From assembly GCA_964560225.1 (NCBI GenBank), contig CAZLLD010000006.1:10179-74178 (forward strand): a DNA stretch of 64,000 nt. Direction: 5' to 3'. The position numbers and the translations under genes are program-made. The notes below the pieces were generated by a model. It did no database searches, was not told where the DNA came from, and saw nothing but the letters and a program-made list of their open reading frames with translations. Within the stretch, counting starts at the first letter, position 1. Each line of letters starts with the position of its first letter. Below, piece after piece: positions 8,024 to 18,945 of the stretch. The DNA is from an uncultured Bacteroidales bacterium. Its GTDB lineage: Bacteria; Bacteroidota; Bacteroidia; Bacteroidales; UBA10428.

Positions 8024-9775
8024 ATGTACAGAACACATACCTGTGGCGAGTTGCGGTTAAGCGACCAGGGAAAGCAAGTAACTTTGTGCGGATGGATTCA
8101 GCGTTCACGTGATCTGGGCGGAATGACGTTTATTGACCTGCGCGACCGCTATGGTATTACCCAGCTTGTGTTCAACATGGACACCAATACAGATTTGTGC
8201 AACGAGGCCCGCAAGCTCGGACGGGAATATGTGCTGATGGCTGAAGGCTTAGTGAACGAACGAAGCAACAAAAATCCCAAAATGCCCACCGGCGATATCG
8301 AAATTCAGGTTTCAAAAGTCAGTGTGCTCAATGCAGCCGATACGCCTCCGTTTACCATCGAAGACGAATCAGATGGCGGTGATGAGCTGCGGATGAAATA
8401 CCGTTACCTCGATTTGCGCCGGAACCCGGTAAAAAATAACCTCTTGTTGCGTCACCACATGGCCTTTGAGTCGCGCCACTATCTGAACAGTCAGCAGTTT
8501 GTTGAGGTGGAAACGCCAGTGCTGATCAAAAGCACGCCTGAAGGTGCCCGCGATTTCGTGGTGCCTTCCAGGGTAAATCCCGGACAGTTTTACGCACTTC
8601 CGCAATCACCCCAAACTTTTAAGCAATTGCTGATGGTGGCAGGGTACGACAGGTACATGCAGATTGTAAAATGTTTCAGGGATGAAGACCTGCGCGCCGA
8701 CAGGCAACCCGAATTCACACAAATCGACTGTGAAATGTCGTTTGTGCACCAGGAAGATATTCTGAATATGTTTGAAGGACTGATCAAACACCTTTTTAAG
8801 GAAGTCAAAGGGATTACTTTTGACCAGCCTTTTCCCCGGATGACATTTGCCGAAGCCATGGAAAAATATGGCAACGACAAGCCGGACATCCGGTTCGGAA
8901 TGGAATTCGTTGAAATCACGGACAAGGTGAAAGGGAAGGGATTCCAGGTTTTTGATGCTGCTGCTTATGTCGGGTGCATTGTGGCCAAAGGATGTGCAGA
9001 ATATACCCGCAAGCAGGTGGATGAGCTTGCCGAATTTGTAAAAAAACCCCAGGTAGGGGCAAAGGGACTTGTATATATTCGTTATGGAGCTGATAATACA
9101 CTGAAATCGTCAGTGGATAAATTCTACAGTCCGGAAGACCTGAGAGAAATAGCTGCAGCGGCAGGGGCAGCAGCAGGAGATTTAATTCTAATCCTGGCAG
9201 GAGAAAAACATCCCACACTGAAAGCCATGAGTGAATTGCGGCTGGAAATGGGGAACCGGCTGGGATTGCGCGATAAGAATGTGTTCAAGCCCCTGTGGGT
9301 AATTGATTTTCCGCTGCTGGAATGGGATGAAGAAACCAAACGGTTTTATGCCATGCACCACCCGTTTACCGCACCCAAACCCGAAGATGTTCAGTATCTC
9401 GAAAGTGATCCGGCCCGTGTCAGGGCCAATGCGTATGACTGCGTCATCAATGGCGTGGAGGTGGGCGGAGGTTCCATCCGTATCCATGAAGCCGGGTTAC
9501 AAAAAAGAATGTTTACAGCACTTGGATTTACTGATGAGGAAGCAGAACGCCAGTTCGGTTTTCTGATGAGCGCCTTTAAATTCGGTGCACCACCGCATGG
9601 CGGCATAGCCTTTGGTTTCGACAGGCTGGTATCGCTTTTTGCCGGAGAAGATTCCATACGCGACGTGATCGCTTTTCCGAAAAACAATGCTGCCCGCGAT
9701 GTGATGGCTGACTGCCCGGGTGAGATTTCGGAAGAACAGATGAAAGAATTGTCGATCTGTATATCAAAAAAATGA
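8024..9775 (+). CDS. aspS: aspartyl-tRNA synthetase
   Basis: N-terminal OB fold, class II motifs ([16 protein letters not shown]; GGGSIRIH; GIAFGFDRL), bacterial insertion domain, 583 aa. Confidence 0.95.
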   Translation: MYRTHTCGELRLSDQGKQVTLCGWIQRSRDLGGMTFIDLRDRYGITQLVFNMDTNTDLCNEARKLGREYVLMAEGLVNERSNKNPKMPTGDIEIQVSKVSVLNAADTPPFTIEDESDGGDELRMKYRYLDLRRNPVKNNLLLRHHMAFESRHYLNSQQFVEVETPVLIKSTPEGARDFVVPSRVNPGQFYALPQSPQTFKQLLMVAGYDRYMQIVKCFRDEDLRADRQPEFTQIDCEMSFVHQEDILNMFEGLIKHLFKEVKGITFDQPFPRMTFAEAMEKYGNDKPDIRFGMEFVEITDKVKGKGFQVFDAAAYVGCIVAKGCAEYTRKQVDELAEFVKKPQVGAKGLVYIRYGADNTLKSSVDKFYSPEDLREIAAAAGAAAGDLILILAGEKHPTLKAMSELRLEMGNRLGLRDKNVFKPLWVIDFPLLEWDEETKRFYAMHHPFTAPKPEDVQYLESDPARVRANAYDCVINGVEVGGGSIRIHEAGLQKRMFTALGFTDEEAERQFGFLMSAFKFGAPPHGGIAFGFDRLVSLFAGEDSIRDVIAFPKNNAARDVMADCPGEISEEQMKELSICISKK

Positions 9776-9858
9776 AACTTCCGGGAGGCCTTTGGCGTAT
9801 GCCTTATAGGTGGATGCCGAAAAACCGACAGAGTAGGCTTAATAATAAATTGTTTGCA

Positions 9859-10419
9859 ATGAAATTCTCACTTTCAACTGTTTTAGCTGTTCTAACGCTG
9901 GCTGTTGTTTTCACAGGATGCAAAAAGGACGATGATGATTCAAAGAAAAGGGAAAATGCGCTGCAGATTGGCGATACCACTATTGCCATTACCGGCGGAG
10001 CTCTGGTGAATTATGGTATTGGAGGTTGGCATGACGGATTTAATCTGGATTTGCATTTATTCGGAGAAGGCGTTACCATGACAGAAATATCGGCGGGTGA
10101 ACGCAATATAAATGGAGACGGATTTCGCTTTTATTCCGAAATGTTTTCTTCTGATGAAGATATTCTGGTTCCGGGCACTTACGTGTTCAACGACACTTCG
10201 GAAGTTTATCCGGTAAGTTCATTTGATTACATGGATTATTCTTTTGAATGGCAGGATGGAAATTGGACGTACTGCCCCGAAGGTACTATTAAAGTGACCA
10301 AATCCGGAGATACCTATGAATTGGTCATTACGGGAAAGGATAGTAACGACGAAGATATTTCAGGCTATTACAAAGGCCCTTTGCAGTGGTTCAATGATGA
10401 TGAAGAAATATTGAAATAA
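9859..10419 (+). CDS. hypothetical lipoprotein
   Basis: Signal peptide with lipobox (MKFSLSTVLAVLTLAVVFTGC) at the internal ATG 9859. The longer ORF from 9772 overlaps aspS. Confidence 0.6.
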   Translation: MKFSLSTVLAVLTLAVVFTGCKKDDDDSKKRENALQIGDTTIAITGGALVNYGIGGWHDGFNLDLHLFGEGVTMTEISAGERNINGDGFRFYSEMFSSDEDILVPGTYVFNDTSEVYPVSSFDYMDYSFEWQDGNWTYCPEGTIKVTKSGDTYELVITGKDSNDEDISGYYKGPLQWFNDDEEILK

Positions 10420-10436
10420 GCTGTTGTTTATATAGA

Positions 10437-10477
10437 AAATCGCGGAAAGAATTCAATTTTTTCCGCGATTTTTTTTT
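10437..10477 (+). terminator. rho-independent terminator
   Basis: AAAATCGCGGAAA-loop-TTTCCGCGATTTT stem followed by a run of T. Confidence 0.8.
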
Positions 10478-10646
10478 GGATAATCGTAAGGTGATTGTTC
10501 GCTTTCGCACACCATTTGTATCAAAACAATACAGGATAAGAAAGTCCTGAATAACCTGTAAATATCAGATAAACAAATAAATGAACAATTTGGCATGATT
10601 CCTGTTTTCCTGTTTGTACATTGAGCAAACATTAAAACCAGCAATC

Positions 10647-11129
10647 ATGAAAACCACAGTAAACACCAACCGGAATACCAGCATCCTGATGACAGCCGCC
10701 ATAGCTGTATTTGCAGCAACCGGAACATTGAATGCAGGTATGAGTGAAGAAGCCAGGGCAGCTGAACGTGTTGAAAAGCTGACCAATGCAATAGAGCACT
10801 CACTGAAATATGAGGCACCTGAAAATACCGAACCAGCTACCTCAGGTTATCCTACTCTCAAAGTTACTGCCGAAGAGGTAGAAGCAGCACTTGACAGAAT
10901 TGATTCATTAACTGCAGCAACTGAAGAAAGCTTAAGGTATCAGGCACCGCAGGTAAGTGACGATATCACCAATTATGAAATCAATGCTGCATGGGAACGA
11001 CTGGAGGATCTGAACCTGGCTATGGAAGAAGAGGTTCGTTATCAGGCCCCTGAAATGGCAGAAGATGATTCCTTTGATGAAGCAGTAGCTGCGCAGGATG
11101 CAGAAAACTGCAACCTGGCCGTAAAATAA
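10647..11129 (+). CDS. hypothetical secreted protein with three internal repeats ending in [LV][KR]Y[EQ]AP[EQ]
   Basis: Signal-like N-terminus (MKTTVNTNRNTSILMTAAIAVFAATGTLNA). Repeats are AIEHSLKYEAPE, ATEESLRYQAPQ and AMEEEVRYQAPE. Acidic composition. Confidence 0.55.
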   Translation: MKTTVNTNRNTSILMTAAIAVFAATGTLNAGMSEEARAAERVEKLTNAIEHSLKYEAPENTEPATSGYPTLKVTAEEVEAALDRIDSLTAATEESLRYQAPQVSDDITNYEINAAWERLEDLNLAMEEEVRYQAPEMAEDDSFDEAVAAQDAENCNLAVK

Positions 11130-12917
11130 TTAATCAAGTCGTAATACGGCCAGGAACGCTGATTGTGGAACTTCAACACTACCAATCTGGCGCATCCGTT
11201 TCTTTCCCTTCTTTTGTTTTTCAAGCAGTTTTCTTTTTCTGGAAATATCTCCGCCATAACACTTTGCAGTAACATCTTTCCGAACCGCTTTGACAGTTTC
11301 CCTTGCGATGATCTTTGAACCAATAGCCGCCTGAATGGCAATATCAAACTGCTGCCTTGGAATCAGTTCCCTGAGTTTCTCGCAGATCCGCCTGCCGAAA
11401 GCATAGGCATTATCGCGGTGAATCAGCGATGACAAAGCGTCCACCAGGTCACCATTGAGCAAAATATCCAGCCGCACCAGGTTAGCCTGTTTATAACCGA
11501 TGTAATGATAGTCGAAGGAGGCATATCCTTTGGAAATGCTTTTCAGCTTGTCGTAAAAGTCGAAGACGATTTCTGCAAGCGGCATTTCAAAAACCAGCTC
11601 AATCCTGTTTGTAGTCAGATATACCTGGCTTTTCAATGTACCCCGCTTGTCGATACAAAGTTTCATGATCGGTCCCACGAAATCGGACTGGCAAATGATT
11701 TCGGCTTCAATATAAGGTTCTTCAATAAAATCGATGTAGGTAGGATCGGGCAATCCCGACGGATTGTGTACGTCCATCACCTCTCCCTTGTTGGTACTGA
11801 CCCGGTACGATACGTTGGGCACCGTATTGATCACATCCATGTTGAATTCACGATCGAGTCGTTCCTGAACAATCTCCATGTGCAACAAACCCAGGAAGCC
11901 GCAGCGGAAACCAAATCCCAGTGCGGCAGATGATTCGGGGACAAAGGACAGCGATGCGTCATTCAACTGGAGTTTTTCGAGTGAAGCACGCAATTCCTCA
12001 TAATCATCCGCGTCAATCGGGTAAATACCGGCGAAAAGCATGGGCTTTACCTCTACAAAACCTCCGATAGCACTATCACAAGGCCTGTCGTAATGTGTAA
12101 TGGTGTCACCTACCTTCACATCGCGTGCCGATTTGATGCCCGAAATGATATAACCCACATTGCCGGCACCCAATTCCTTTTTGGCCTCAAATTTCAGTTT
12201 CAGTACGCCTATCTCATCGGCATCGTAATCCTTTCCGAGATTCACGAATTTAACATGATCCCCGGTTCTGAGGGTGCCGTTCACTATTTTGAAGTAGGCG
12301 AAGATTCCGCGGAACGAGTTGAAAACCGAATCGAAGATCAGTGCCTGCAAAGGTGCATCGGGGTCTCCCTTGGGGGGTGGGATTTGTTTGATAATTCTCT
12401 CGAGGATCAGATCAACTCCGAGGCCGGTTTTTGCGCTCACTTCAATTATTTCCTCACGTTCGCATCCAATCAGGTCAACGATCTGGTCTTTTACCTCCTC
12501 GGGCATGGCGCTGGGCATGTCCATTTTGTTCAGCACCGGTATGATTTCCAGTCCGTGATCCACAGCCTGGTATAAATTGGATATGGTTTGGGCCTGGATT
12601 CCCTGAGTGGCGTCAACTACGAGTAAGGCGCCTTCACATGCTGCAATGGCCCTGGAAACTTCATAGGAAAAATCCACATGGCCGGGTGTGTCAATCAGGT
12701 TAAGAATGTACCTGCTTCCGCCGGATTCATATTCCATTTGTATGGCATGACTTTTTATGGTAATGCCCCTTTCCCTTTCAAGATCCATATTGTCGAGCAC
12801 CTGATCCTGAAAATCCCTTTCCGCCAGTGTATGGGTAATTTGAATCAACCGGTCGGCCAATGTGCTTTTACCATGATCGATATGTGCAATGATGCAAAAA
12901 TTACGGATCTTGTCCAT
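11130..12917 (-). CDS. lepA: elongation factor 4 (LepA)
   Basis: [21 protein letters not shown]1 motif, [12 protein letters not shown] and a LepA C-terminal domain. ATG 12917 preferred over TTG 12938. Confidence 0.95.
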   Translation of the reverse strand: MDKIRNFCIIAHIDHGKSTLADRLIQITHTLAERDFQDQVLDNMDLERERGITIKSHAIQMEYESGGSRYILNLIDTPGHVDFSYEVSRAIAACEGALLVVDATQGIQAQTISNLYQAVDHGLEIIPVLNKMDMPSAMPEEVKDQIVDLIGCEREEIIEVSAKTGLGVDLILERIIKQIPPPKGDPDAPLQALIFDSVFNSFRGIFAYFKIVNGTLRTGDHVKFVNLGKDYDADEIGVLKLKFEAKKELGAGNVGYIISGIKSARDVKVGDTITHYDRPCDSAIGGFVEVKPMLFAGIYPIDADDYEELRASLEKLQLNDASLSFVPESSAALGFGFRCGFLGLLHMEIVQERLDREFNMDVINTVPNVSYRVSTNKGEVMDVHNPSGLPDPTYIDFIEEPYIEAEIICQSDFVGPIMKLCIDKRGTLKSQVYLTTNRIELVFEMPLAEIVFDFYDKLKSISKGYASFDYHYIGYKQANLVRLDILLNGDLVDALSSLIHRDNAYAFGRRICEKLRELIPRQQFDIAIQAAIGSKIIARETVKAVRKDVTAKCYGGDISRKRKLLEKQKKGKKRMRQIGSVEVPQSAFLAVLRLD

Positions 12918-12935
12918 CAATGTTTTTTTGAGGCA

Positions 12936-12943
12936 CAAAGATA
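12936..12943 (-). promoter_or_regulatory. Bacteroidota -7 box TATCTTTG (minus strand) for lepA
   Basis: Matches TAnnTTTG, ~20 nt upstream of the ATG at 12917. It overlaps the alternative TTG start, which argues against that start. Confidence 0.55.
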
Positions 12944-13050
12944 TTTATTTGAGGATAATTAAAAAAAATGTCATGGCAACTGATTCGGCTATTTTTTAGT
13001 ATTTTCGATAGGCAAATCCATGTCGTTTGGTTAAGCCTTCGAATGAAGAG

Positions 13051-13145
13051 CGTCATTGCGAGTGAAACGAAGCCTGCCTGACCGGCAGGCAGGCAATCTG
13101 CATTTAACAATAGATTGCCGCGCTCGTGCCTCGCTCGCAATGACG
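13051..13145. repeat. nested-palindrome element, variant copy
   Basis: CGTCATTGCGAG...CTCGCAATGACG arms with an extra internal hairpin GCCTGCCTGACCGGCAGGCAGGC and the AATCT..AGATT core. Confidence 0.85.
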
Positions 13146-13195
13146 AAGAATCCTTAATTAGATCTCAGGAATAGAGCAGAGCAAATTTTACACCC

Positions 13196-13672
13196 ATGAG
13201 AAAATTCAAACTTGATATCATTCCCTGCGATTTTGGAAACCGCGACCATTGTGAGGCATTGATCCGGCTGATGAATGAATATATAACCGATAAAATGGGA
13301 GGCGGACAACCCTATACCGAAGAACAAAAAGTCAAGCTGGTGGAAGGGTTGAAGAATCATCCTTCCTGCCTGGTTTACCTGGCTTCAAGCGGCAATGAGT
13401 TAATTGGTCTTATCAACTGCTTTGTCAATTTTGCCACCTTTACAGTAAAGCCTTTTATCAATGTTCATGATGTGATTGTAACCGAGAAGTGGAGAAACAA
13501 TGGCGTAGGAAGAAGCATGCTGTTGCAGGTGATCGAAAAGGCCAGAGAACTCGGATGCTCCAAAGTAACCCTTGAGGTTCGGGCCGACAATCAGAATGCC
13601 CGGTATTTATATGACAGCCTGGGATTCAGGGATGCCGATCCCAGACAGTATTACTGGGCCAAGTATTTATAA
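13196..13672 (+). CDS. GNAT family N-acetyltransferase
   Basis: Acetyl-CoA binding motif A-like VTEKWRNNGVGRSML. 158 aa. Confidence 0.8.
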   Translation: MRKFKLDIIPCDFGNRDHCEALIRLMNEYITDKMGGGQPYTEEQKVKLVEGLKNHPSCLVYLASSGNELIGLINCFVNFATFTVKPFINVHDVIVTEKWRNNGVGRSMLLQVIEKARELGCSKVTLEVRADNQNARYLYDSLGFRDADPRQYYWAKYL

Positions 13673-13690
13673 ACATTAACTATACCCCCT

Positions 13691-14548
13691 ATGATTTACT
13701 TCACCGACCAGGAAATTGATCAATTGCTGACTGAAGATGTGCAGTATTTTGATCTGACCACCTCATTGCTGCGGCTTGAAAACAAACCTGCAAAAATCTG
13801 TTTTACAACGCGCGAATCCACAGTGATCTGCGGTTCCGAAGAAGTGATGAAGGTATTTCAGCGTACCAATATTCAAACCAGGCTGTTCACACCAAGCGGC
13901 GAGCATCTTGAAAAGGATGTGAAGTTTCTTGAAGGGGAGGGTCTTTCGGGAACGCTATTTGCCATTTCGCGAACAGTGGAAAACATACTGCGTTATGCTT
14001 CGGGTATAGCTACCCGCACGAGGATGCTGGTTGAAAAAGCACATGAAGTGAATAAGGATATTGTGGTAAGCACTACCCGGAAAACCATACCGGGAACGCG
14101 AAAACTTGCAGTTAAAGCGGTACAGGCCGGGGGAGCCAGTATTCACAGGCTGGGGCTTTCCGAATCCATTTTGGTGTTCAGGGACCACTGCAGTTTTCTG
14201 GGAGACTTAGAGAATCTTGAGAAGCGGCTAAAGGAAAGGAGGTCTCTTGCAGGAGGAAAGCCTGTTGCAGTTGAGGCCGAAAGCTTTGAATCAGCGCTTA
14301 AAATTGCCAGGGCAGGTGCTGATATCATACAGCTTGATAAATTTGCGCCCGGCGACATCCGGAAGTTCAAAAAGGAAGTTGTAAAACTAAATCCGGCAGT
14401 AAGGCTTGCAGCTGCTGGTAATATTACCCTGAAGAACGTGCAGGATTATGCTGCTTCGGGAGCAGACATGGTGGTCACCTCATGGCCGTATTATGGCGAA
14501 CCGGCTGATATGACCGTTTGCATTCAGCCTATTTATGAACAATTCTGA
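13691..14548 (+). CDS. modD: ModD / nicotinate-nucleotide pyrophosphorylase family protein
   Basis: QPRTase-fold length and layout. The N-terminus (EDVQYFDLTT) and IQLDKF motif resemble ModD rather than NadC, judged from memory. Confidence 0.6.
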   Translation: MIYFTDQEIDQLLTEDVQYFDLTTSLLRLENKPAKICFTTRESTVICGSEEVMKVFQRTNIQTRLFTPSGEHLEKDVKFLEGEGLSGTLFAISRTVENILRYASGIATRTRMLVEKAHEVNKDIVVSTTRKTIPGTRKLAVKAVQAGGASIHRLGLSESILVFRDHCSFLGDLENLEKRLKERRSLAGGKPVAVEAESFESALKIARAGADIIQLDKFAPGDIRKFKKEVVKLNPAVRLAAAGNITLKNVQDYAASGADMVVTSWPYYGEPADMTVCIQPIYEQF

Positions 14549-16972
14549 TTACTCGTATTTCAGTGCTTTCCCGGGATCGATCCGGGTGGAGAGGAAGGCA
14601 TGATAATATGCCGTGGCAAAGGAGAAAGCCATAACGATTGCGGTGGCAGCAACAAAATAAAAGACATTCAGGTTGATGTGATAGGCGAAGTCCTTAAACC
14701 AGGCAGCGACAAGTAAATATGAGCCGGCCCAGGCAAAAATTGAGGCAATCAATACCATAGCTGCTACCTGTCCTGCTCTTTGCAATAAAAGAGAACCGTT
14801 ACTGACACCCATGGCTTTTTGGAGACCTATTTCCCTTTGCCTCCTGCTGAATGCGAATGAAAACAGTGCAAATAGTCCCAGTCCGGCCAGAAGAAGGGCA
14901 ACCACCGACAGCAACAGAAAGATCTTTTTTGTTTTGTTAACCGCTTCATATTTACTGTGTCGGTCCTTGTCAAGATTATAGTAAACAAACGGATAGGCAG
15001 AAGTGAATTTGTCCCACACCTGGTTCATGAATTGAATGGTTGAATCCTGCAGGTCAGGAGTTAGCTTGACGGAAAGGTAACCTTCCATATTCCCGGGCAT
15101 CAGAACCATCACCAAAGGTCTGATCGGATTCTCCAGCGTTTCAAAATGGAAATCGCGCACCACCCCGATGATTTTGAATTTACCATTTTTATGATAGGGG
15201 GAGAGCTGCTTCAGATACTTGCCAATAGGATCGGAAACACCCAGCATGTTGGCAAGCGTTTCATTGATAACGCATGCAGAAGAGTCTTGCGGATGGCTGC
15301 GTTCAAAAAACCGGCCTGAAACCATTTTTGTTTCGTAAGTAGAATCAAAGCCATAGCTGACGAACAAGTTGTATGCCGAATAGTTCTTTTCTGTGGAAAT
15401 TCCTTCAAGTACATAGGGCTGTCTGGCAAAACTGCCTCCCATAGCACTGTTGGTGTTGGTAACTGCCAATACCCCCGGATGCCTGAGAATCTGTTTCTTG
15501 TATTCCTCAAGGTTTTTGCCGAGACCGTCCGGGCGCCTGATTACTACGATGTCATCGGTATTGTAACCTCTTTCCTTATGAATGAGATAATGGAACTGGC
15601 CCGAAATGATCAGCATCATGGAGATTGTTCCCACAGCAACGAACAACTGAAAATAAGTAAGCAAGGATCTCAGATGGCCTTTGTCAGTTTCTTTGTATAA
15701 GCGGTTGCGTAAAAATGCCAATGGGCTGAACGAAGATAAAACCAAGGCAGGGTAAAACCCCGATATCAGTCCGATCACCAGAATCAATACCATCATTAAT
15801 GACAGCCCTGCAGGGTTCAACAACTGACGCAGGCTTAGTTGAAGGCCAATAAACCTGTTGAAAAGAGGCAACGACAGTTCAGTCAGAAGAAGTGCCAGAG
15901 CCATGGCCAGAAATGCCAGCAGGGATGATTCAATCAGGAACTGGTTAACCAGTCCGGACCGTTCGGAACCGATTATTTTACGAATACCGACCTCCTTAGC
16001 CCTTAACACAGAACGGGCAGTGACCAGGCTGACGAAATTCATGCAGGCGAGCACAAAAATGGCAATGGCAAGTGCTGTGAAAAGGTAGATATAAAGAATT
16101 TTTCCTGCAGGTTCAAATTCTGAAGCATATTCTGACCTGAGGTGAATATCCCTGAGTGGTTGGGGTATATAGTTGTATTTTGCCTGTGTTGCCGAAAGCT
16201 GACTGTCGTTTATTTTCAGAAAGTCAGCATAGTCAGGCATCACATATTTCGATACAATCCCGTCAAGACCTGCTTTCAATTCCTCTGTGGTCACTCCTGG
16301 TTTTACCAACACATAAGTGTAAAGAAAATGAGAAATGAATCGGTTATCCTGCAACAACGTCTTAAAGGTTGACAAAGTCCCGATCATGTCGAAGTGCATG
16401 TGTGAATTTTCGGGAATGTCCATCATAATGCCGGTAACTCTGTAATAGGTTGAGTCGTTTTCAATACGGAGCAACTTGCCTAAGGGATCTTCAGCGTCGA
16501 AATAACGCAGGGCCGTCTCCTGGCTGATTACAATACTGTTGGGTTTTTTTAGTACAGAATCTGCATTGCCTTTGAGAAGCGGAAAAGAAAATATGTCAAA
16601 GAAAGAGGAATCGGCAAAAATGAGGTTGTCTTCATTAAAGCGGATGTCTTTGTATCGGATCAGCCAGGCACCAAACCGGGCTACCCTGACTGAGCTTTCA
16701 ATTCCTGTTATTTCACGTGCTGCTGTTTTGGAAAGTGGCGCTGGTGTAACGGCATGATTGAATACATTGTCAGCAATTCTTCCATTAACGGCAATGCGGT
16801 AAATTCTGTCCGCATTCCGGTGAAACCGGTCGTAACTGAATTCTTTATGGGCATACAGAAAAATGATGATGCTAAAAGCAAGGCCAATAGCCAAACCTAA
16901 GATATTAATCAGTGTCTGGAAACGGTCCCTGAAAAATATCCTGAATGCTACTCTGATGAAATTGCTGAACAT
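14549..16972 (-). CDS. ABC transporter permease, FtsX/MacB type (duplicated FtsX domains)
   Basis: 807 aa. N-terminal TM, a MacB-like periplasmic domain, two 4-helix FtsX blocks and a C-terminal DPxxALRYE-like tail (IDPGKALKYE). Confidence 0.85.
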   Translation of the reverse strand: MFSNFIRVAFRIFFRDRFQTLINILGLAIGLAFSIIIFLYAHKEFSYDRFHRNADRIYRIAVNGRIADNVFNHAVTPAPLSKTAAREITGIESSVRVARFGAWLIRYKDIRFNEDNLIFADSSFFDIFSFPLLKGNADSVLKKPNSIVISQETALRYFDAEDPLGKLLRIENDSTYYRVTGIMMDIPENSHMHFDMIGTLSTFKTLLQDNRFISHFLYTYVLVKPGVTTEELKAGLDGIVSKYVMPDYADFLKINDSQLSATQAKYNYIPQPLRDIHLRSEYASEFEPAGKILYIYLFTALAIAIFVLACMNFVSLVTARSVLRAKEVGIRKIIGSERSGLVNQFLIESSLLAFLAMALALLLTELSLPLFNRFIGLQLSLRQLLNPAGLSLMMVLILVIGLISGFYPALVLSSFSPLAFLRNRLYKETDKGHLRSLLTYFQLFVAVGTISMMLIISGQFHYLIHKERGYNTDDIVVIRRPDGLGKNLEEYKKQILRHPGVLAVTNTNSAMGGSFARQPYVLEGISTEKNYSAYNLFVSYGFDSTYETKMVSGRFFERSHPQDSSACVINETLANMLGVSDPIGKYLKQLSPYHKNGKFKIIGVVRDFHFETLENPIRPLVMVLMPGNMEGYLSVKLTPDLQDSTIQFMNQVWDKFTSAYPFVYYNLDKDRHSKYEAVNKTKKIFLLLSVVALLLAGLGLFALFSFAFSRRQREIGLQKAMGVSNGSLLLQRAGQVAAMVLIASIFAWAGSYLLVAAWFKDFAYHINLNVFYFVAATAIVMAFSFATAYYHAFLSTRIDPGKALKYE

Positions 16973-17169
16973 GCAAACAATGATTTTGATGTAATTTGCC
17001 CGCAGACCTTACCCAACATTCGTGCCATTTGATATAACGATCAGTTATATATTTATTTACGTTTAAAAACAGACGAATTACGCTTGTTTCACTCTGTACG
17101 TTTTTGATACAGGCAGTGTACGAAATCGGACAAATTGTAATCAAATGAACAGGAAGCCAGCCATGTTGC

Positions 17170-18414
17170 TTAGTAATACCTGCCCATAAGCCGGTGTTCA
17201 ACTATTTTCTTTTTCAGTTCGAGTAAATTCACAGGTCCCTGTATGGCATAGACCACCTTTCCCCCCGGTTCAACCAGTATGCTATAAGGAAGGGCTCCGT
17301 TCCATTCGGGATTAATGGCTTCAATCAATGCATATTTGTCATTGCTGTTGAACAGGTAGTTTTTTATGGGAGCGTGTTTGGCTTGCAGAAATTCGAGAAC
17401 CTGATCTGCGTTTTCCGGTTTGTCAGCCGAAAGGGAAATGAATTCAAAATTGCGGTTTCCATAAATGCGCTGCAGGTTTACAAGCTCGGGATATTCAATT
17501 ATGCAAGGACCGCACCAGGTTGCCCATACATTGATCAACCTCAGCTTTTCGGAATTGTTTCTTACAAGGTCTTCAACCTCTATTTTCGAGATCTTTTCCA
17601 CGATCACCGGCTTTTCAGCCCAATCTTTATTGGTTTTGTCGGTCCATTCTGTTTTCCAGGCCCATTTGATGGAACAGCCGAAAGCCTTGTTCTCAGGCGT
17701 GGTAACAGGTTTCTTGTTCAGTGTTTCATCCACAGCGGTTCTCAAATCATCAGCATTGGCTGTTCCTGGTTTTTCGGATGCATCCAACCGGCCTGCATAA
17801 ACCAGTTCCCGCTTCCGGTTAAAAACAAAAGCATGCGGAGTAGCTGTCGGGCCATATTGAATGGATACGGCTTCAGTATCGCCGTCATAGAGGTAAGGAA
17901 AATTGAATTTCTTGTCTTTTGCCCTGATGATCATGCTTTCGTAGGTGTCGTCAAGATCAGAATAGCTGCATTCTTCGAAGAGAAGTGAATAAACACTGTT
18001 TGGCATAATGGCAACCACGGCAACACCTTTATCCTTATATTCCTCAGTAAAACGGATAATCCGGTTTTCATATGCCTGTGCTGTAGGGCAATGGTTGCAG
18101 GTGAAAATTACAACCAGAACCTCTGCTTCATTAAAATCTTCAAGCTGATAAAACCTGCCGGTTACATCAGGCAGGTTGAAATCAATAGCTTTCGATCCGA
18201 TTTCAAGTGTATTGACTTCCTGATGGGCTACCCGTTGCGGATTTGGAATGAATGCAGCTTGAAGTGTATCACCATCGGCACTGTCAACTCCGGGTTTTAT
18301 GCCTGCCTGTTTGCATGAAATCAGAAAGGCAAAAGCAATCAAAAGCAGGGTCATATTGGTAAGCCTTTTCATCATAGATAAGGCAATCTGGCGGGCATAT
18401 ATATTGAATTTCAT
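17170..18414 (-). CDS. two-domain thioredoxin-fold lipoprotein (redoxin/TlpA-like)
   Basis: Lipobox LISC. First domain has CNHC (FTCNHCPTAQ); second domain has canonical WATWCGPC. Confidence 0.8.
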   Translation of the reverse strand: MKFNIYARQIALSMMKRLTNMTLLLIAFAFLISCKQAGIKPGVDSADGDTLQAAFIPNPQRVAHQEVNTLEIGSKAIDFNLPDVTGRFYQLEDFNEAEVLVVIFTCNHCPTAQAYENRIIRFTEEYKDKGVAVVAIMPNSVYSLLFEECSYSDLDDTYESMIIRAKDKKFNFPYLYDGDTEAVSIQYGPTATPHAFVFNRKRELVYAGRLDASEKPGTANADDLRTAVDETLNKKPVTTPENKAFGCSIKWAWKTEWTDKTNKDWAEKPVIVEKISKIEVEDLVRNNSEKLRLINVWATWCGPCIIEYPELVNLQRIYGNRNFEFISLSADKPENADQVLEFLQAKHAPIKNYLFNSNDKYALIEAINPEWNGALPYSILVEPGGKVVYAIQGPVNLLELKKKIVEHRLMGRYY

Positions 18415-18575
18415 GATCAGGCAGATAAAAATTTGTACCCGGTAGCAAGGAATTATGATTTACCGGATTTCTATTTTCAAAAATATAGATTAAAATTGGA
18501 ATAGAAGTTAATTTTAAGAAGCTTTTAACATTAGGTGTCAGGCTATATTAATGAGAAAATCAGTCCTTTGCGACT

Positions 18576-18890
18576 TTACCTGGAATCGCTGTCAGGCATG
18601 TTGCATTTTCCGGCAAACTGCAGTTTGTAAAAATCTTCCAGGTGGTCGTTGATGATCATGGTGTCTCCGGGCTGCCATTTGCGGGTGAAATATTTCCCTT
18701 TCAGCATATAGCAGCGGGTGTGCGTGGGATTGGTGAGCAACACCCGGTTTCGTTTCTCGCCATATACAATCAAAGCCTTTTGTATATAAAGGGCATTGTG
18801 TTCTTCCTCCAAAAGCATTGTGGCTTTCCGGACCGGGTTACAGGAAATGATTGTCAGCAGGGCAAGCATTGCAATTATTCGGTGGGGCAT
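18576..18890 (-). CDS. small hypothetical lipoprotein
   Basis: MLALLTIISC lipobox. No family recognised. Confidence 0.5.
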   Translation of the reverse strand: MPHRIIAMLALLTIISCNPVRKATMLLEEEHNALYIQKALIVYGEKRNRVLLTNPTHTRCYMLKGKYFTRKWQPGDTMIINDHLEDFYKLQFAGKCNMPDSDSR

Positions 18891-18945
18891 GGATTATTCC
18901 GTATGGTTTTTACACAGGTTTACCTCAACCTTTTAATTAAGCAAT

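Noticed and set aside
12918-12938. Longer N-terminal extensions offered by the ORF track: lepA TTG 12938, glnS GTG 25213, TonB-dependent receptor GTG 55924, 159-aa ORF TTG 50046, tadA 8006, DUF819 23652
   Set aside because: Downstream ATGs give canonical N-termini (G1 motif spacing, signal peptides). For lepA, the -7 promoter box also overlaps the longer start.
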